Assembly (NCBI GenBank): GCA_012295275.1
Contig: CM022678.1
Coordinates: forward strand, 11,718,001-11,782,000
Direction: 5' to 3'
DNA: 64,000 bases
DNA from: Chrysomallon squamiferum
Lineage: Eukaryota; Animalia; Mollusca
Position 1 is the first letter of the stretch, and each line of letters starts with the position of its first letter. The translations under genes were made by a program, and so were the position numbers. Under the pieces are notes generated by a model. It was not told the DNA's origin. It saw only the letters and a list, made by a program, of their open reading frames with translations, and ran no database searches. This document shows, piece by piece, positions 59,048 through 64,000 of this stretch.

Positions 59048-59919
59048 ATGTTGAGCTCTTGAAAAATGTTTCCAGCAAGCTGATATCTAACATGTTAGAC
59101 GTAGTTCCACTTTTATGAGAAACGTTTGAAAAATTATTGATAATAATTTATGACAGAAGAGAAAAAGTAACCATGAAATACATTTTATAATAAACAACAC
59201 TTAAGAAAGGTTAATTAGAAATACGAGTTTTGATTGGTTTCCTAGAGAACAAATCTGGAATACTATGAGTTTCTATATCAGAGTTCTAACTAGTAGCAGT
59301 ACTGTTACTACTGCTGGTACTGCTGGTACTGTTGCTAGTACCGGTATCACTACTACTACAGCAACATCACGACACTGGATATTAGATGTCATCTAAACTG
59401 TCATTAATTCATTGTTACTCTAATAACAGATTAAGATATCTTTTGGGGTGTTTTCTGTCAGTATGTTTTTCTGTATTGATACAGACAATGCCAATATCCA
59501 TCATTTTTGTATTTATAATTATGCATACGTGTATTTACTATAAGCATTTGCACTAATACTCCTACTGTTGCTACATATTGCTATTACTATGTTTTGTGTG
59601 CAGCTAGACCTTCTTTAAAATGATTGTTTTATTAACTTATAACAATCGTGTAGACTGCATGTTCTTCATCAGTACCGACGTCTTCTGCATTATACACATA
59701 CAGAAAAATAAATGAAAATATGGCAATATATCCAAATGCATCCTTTGATTGTAATTTTAAAATATAATGGTACACGAATATTCACGGCTAATTTCATTCC
59801 ATATACACAATGGAACATTTAATGTTACCGAAATTTGATGACAAAGGCTGCTTTGGAGGACATAGAAAGCAATGATAATAGTTTATACAGTGGTACATTT
59901 AATTGATATAATCATCTTA

Positions 59920-60250
59920 AACACCGTGGATAAATGTTTAAAATGTGAGGTTTGTGAAAAATATTTCTCACGGCGTTGGAGTTTAAAATGTCACATGAAG
60001 ATCCATGTTGGAGATAAATCTGTTAAATGTGAAGTTTGTTGATATTTTTTTTCTCACAGGATCAACATGTAAAACGTCATGTGAAGGTCCGTACTGGTGA
60101 GAAGTCTTTCAAATGTGAGGTTTGTGCAAAATGTTTCTCACAAGGAGATGTTCTAAAAGGTCACATGAAGACACGGTGGTGAGAAGCGTTTTAAATGTGG
60201 AGTTCATGCGAAATATTTCCAACAAGCTGGTATCTAGATTAGCACACGAA
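59920..60250 (+). pseudogene. Relic ZNF F: last ~3 fingers and C-terminus of a diverged paralog
   Basis: [22 protein letters not shown].., in-frame TGA, frameshifts; same EKRFKC tail and diverged 3' region as B-E. Confidence 0.85.
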
Positions 60251-61505
60251 GTCCCATTTTTAAGAGAAATGTTCGAGAAATGACTGTTGATAACTCAATA
60301 TAAAAGTGATAATCTGTGAAATAAAGAAGAAAATGTAACCATCAAATAAACAACATTTAGCACAAGTTAATTAAGAATATGAGTTTTGAGTAATTTGCTA
60401 GATAACAAATTTACTTCTCCTATTAGCACTACTGTTACTACAACATCACGACAGTAGCCATTTGACGTCATCTGAACTTTCCTCAGTTCATTGTTACTTT
60501 TATTACAGATTGTGTCAATTTCAGAAATAAAGTTTTCTTTACATCTGGTTGTCTGTACATACATTCCAAAAATCTATGATTTGTATTTATAATTATGTAC
60601 ATTTAAAGGTAGGTTTACATGGGAGTCTTTGAATGAAAATGAAGTTACATTTATCCTTATCTAGAAATAAGAAAGTTAAGTAATATTGACGTGTAGGTAT
60701 ATATAATCATATTTCTTTATTATTATGTGCATGTAAAAACGTTGCTCCACAACTGAAAGAGAATATTCTAATAGAATGCTTATGGTTAAACGTGTTACTG
60801 GATCACTTTTATAGGAATAAAATAAAAATTGTGTGATCCTTTTTGTTAATCCTACTTGCAAAGAAATCTTCCCATTTACATACATTTGCATAATTCTAGT
60901 TATTATGCCATCATGCATACTGAATACTGATACGAAATACAGTCAGTTAATATAATAACTTCAAAATCAATGAAATCCCAGTACATAGTTTTCTTATATT
61001 CCTTTAAGTAATTGGAATAAGCTGATACAAAAATGTTATCAGATGTGGAAATTGTAATCTGAAAAACCAGACTGATTCTTTCTTCTAGTAATTCAAATTG
61101 ATCGCAGAAAAACTTCAGTGTGTTATTAATTACAGATGTATATACGTTTCTGAAACATCTAAGCAATGAAATCCTTTTTATTTTTTTTTTTTTTTTCCGC
61201 AGTTTTTTTTTTTTTTTTTTTTTTGATAAATCTATAAAAGAAATGTTGATCGTAAATGCTTTTTGTTTTGACTTTGATCATATTTATATTTATGAACACA
61301 TTATATAGAACATTAGATTAAAAAAAAGTACTAAATTTCATTTATTAAATTGGACACGGACGTTAAAAGAGAAATGTACACACAAATGTTGGAATGGAAA
61401 CCTGAGTTCAAATAGATAAGAAGACATGTTTGACAAGAGAAAAATATGAACATAAGTTATAAATTTATACACATGCAGATGAATAAATATAAATACAGAA
61501 ATATA

Positions 61506-61552
<47 letters not shown>

Positions 61553-62009
61553 TAAATATGGAAGACGGGAAAGATAACAGAGACCAATAGTAAATGATAT
61601 CCTTAGAGACAATTAAAACTGAAACACACACACTCACACACACAAACAGCCGCCTCCCCCCTTGACTGAAGAATACAAATGAAATACAAAATACTAAGAT
61701 AGAGAACAAATTCCGGAACAATGGGAAAAAGAAAGATAAAATATGAGAAAGAAGAAGATCTATATAATATATAAAAAAAAGAAAAATGAAAGAAAGAATT
61801 CAGAATGTCGCCTGATTTCCTCAACATACGGACTGTCATACAAAACAAAAGCGCGACTTCAGTGAAAAATGGCATAAGTAGGTTAGTAAATGTGACTTTT
61901 CGCGAACGTTGACAATCTATCAACAACCTGAAATCATCACCAACTTCATTAGTATCTGTATTTATGCGTCTGTTAAATAAATAAATAGAGAAAAAAAGAA
62001 ACAAACACA

Positions 62010-62250
62010 TAAACAAGTATATATATATTTCAAATATTCAAATACTTAAACATACTAACTGTTATTATATAAAAAACTAATTTACAGATACAGAAATACT
62101 GGGTACTATTTGCTTGATTTACTTTTATAGCCATCCGAGGATTAGCTTAGACGAAGCGATCAAAAGAAATAAAAGTGTTATTTGCGATATTACAGTGCGC
62201 ACATTATTTTGGAGGAAAATGATAAAGGAAACAAGTCAGTGCAACTGAAC
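62010..62250 (+). promoter_or_regulatory. Paralogous ZNF promoter (module 3), cut by the assembly gap
   Basis: Colinear with 37855-38092 including gccatccgaggat and gtgcgcacattattttggaggaaaat. Confidence 0.65.
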
Positions 62251-62450
62251 NNNNNNNNNNNNNNNNNNNNNNNNNNNNNNNNNNNNNNNNNNNNNNNNNN
62301 NNNNNNNNNNNNNNNNNNNNNNNNNNNNNNNNNNNNNNNNNNNNNNNNNNNNNNNNNNNNNNNNNNNNNNNNNNNNNNNNNNNNNNNNNNNNNNNNNNNN
62401 NNNNNNNNNNNNNNNNNNNNNNNNNNNNNNNNNNNNNNNNNNNNNNNNNN
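62251..62450. other. Assembly gap (200 N)
   Basis: Run of n. Confidence 1.
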
Positions 62451-63448
62451 AAAGTGTTTTCATACAGTTGCAAACTACAATATCATATGAAAGTCCATAT
62501 TGTAGACAGACCTTTTAAATGTGAGGTTTGCGCAAAATCTTTGAAACAAAATTCATGTCTAAGATATCACACGAGAGTACACACTAGAGAGAAATTTTTT
62601 CAATGTGAGGTTTGTGAAAAACGTTTCTTAAGCAGATCGAGTTTAAGCAATCACATGACCGTACACACTGGAGAGAAACCTTTAAATGTGAAGTTTGTGC
62701 AATGTCTTTTTCAAGGAGTTCAAATCTAAAACGTCACATGAGAGTTCATACTAGGATTAGATGTTTTAAATGTGAAGTTTGTGCAAAATCTTTCTTACAC
62801 CCTTCGAGTCTAAGAAGCCATAAGATGATCCATACTGGTTAGACACCGTATAAATGTGAACTTTGTTCAAAATCATTCTCACAAAATGCGACTCTGAAAA
62901 GGCATATGAAAGTCCACACTGGTGAGAAATCTGTTATATGTGAAATTTGTGGAAAATGTTTGTCAACAGCAGATAGTCTAAATCGTCACATGAAGGTTCA
63001 CTCTCGTGAGAAACTTTTTAAATGTGACGTTTGTTCAAAATTCTTCACACTCAATTCAGTTCTAAAAATCTACATGAAGTTGAATTCAGCTATTAGACGT
63101 TTTAAATGTAAAGTTTGTAAAAAACGGTTCTCAAAACGTCTATATGCAAAACACCATCTGAAATGTTATACTGGTGACACACCTTTTAAATGTGAAGTTT
63201 GTGCAAAATGTTTCTCGAGCAGTTCGAATCTAAGAAATCACACGATGGTTCATACTGGTGAGAAATCTTTTCAATGTGATGTTTGTGCAAAATATTTCTC
63301 ACAGCGTTCGAGTTTAAAATATCATATGACGATCCATACTGGAGAGAAACGTTTCAAATGTGAAGTTTGTGCAAAATGTTTCTCACGAAGAGTTATTGTA
63401 AAAAATCACATGAAGACACATCGTGTTGAGAAGCGTTTAAAATGTTGA
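62451..63448 (+). pseudogene. C2H2 ZNF E (5' part in gap), ~12 finger units, probable pseudogene
   Basis: 1-nt deletion in cct(t)ttaaa near 62682, in-frame TAG at 62840-62842 replacing GAG, one finger with both His lost (YMKLN). Confidence 0.8.
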
Positions 63449-64000
63449 GCTCCTGCAAAATGTTTCCAGCAAGCTGATATCTAACATGTCACACGAAGTC
63501 CCACTTTTACGAGAAACGTTTGAAGAATTAGTGATAATAATTTATGACAGAAGAGAAAAAGTAACCATGAAATACTTTTTATAATAAACAACACTTAAGA
63601 AAGGTTAATTATAAATACGAGTTTTGATTGGTTTGCTAGAGAACAAATCTGGAATAGTATGATTTTCTATTTCAGAGTTCTAAGTAGTAGCAGTACTTTT
63701 ACTACTGCTGGTACTGCTGGTACTGTTGCTAGTACCGGTATCACTACTACTACAGCAACATCACAACACTGGATATTAGAGGTCATCTTAGAGGTCATTA
63801 ATTCATTGTTACTCTAATAACAGATTAAGATATCTTTTGGGGTGTTTTCGGTCAGTATGTACATGTATATTGATACTGATAAATGCTACTTTGGAGGACA
63901 TAACATTGCAAATGATTTTCAACTGACATACGACTAATTGACATTTGTGTTAGAAACAAAAGAGAGTTGATGTTATAATTTAAAACAGCTCAGAAGTGAT

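Noticed and set aside
62840-62842. Stop readthrough or A-to-I recoding of the TAG in ZNF E
   Set aside because: Simple GAG to TAG substitution in a copy with other lesions; no supporting structure seen

Overview
AT-rich, microsatellite-laden eukaryotic (animal) genomic DNA; a mollusc or other lophotrochozoan is my inference from the repeat style and zinc-finger type. The window has two halves. (1) About 1-37.7 kb has no convincing long CDS. Roughly 35 short CpG-containing unique islands alternate with simple repeats and minisatellites, and the islands are rich in CRE (TGACGTCA), E-box, nuclear-receptor, CTCF-like and an unassigned AGCAGACG motif. This half also holds one intact tRNA-Arg(ACG), an otherwise identical copy missing 12 nt of the anticodon arm inside a ~3 kb inverted-repeat-bounded segment, and decayed tRNA-derived SINE-like fragments. 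(2) About 37.8-64 kb is a + strand tandem cluster of effector-less C2H2 zinc-finger genes (A 40.8 kb, B 49.5 kb, C 53.4 kb, D 57.9 kb, relic F 59.9 kb, E 62.5 kb after a 200-N gap) evolving by whole-finger gain and loss. They share a paralogous promoter/exon1/exon2/exon3 architecture whose small exons show codon-like conservation, a candidate unrecognised N-terminal domain or upstream ORF. Most ORFs in the supplied track are microsatellite artefacts. All counts were made by eye.
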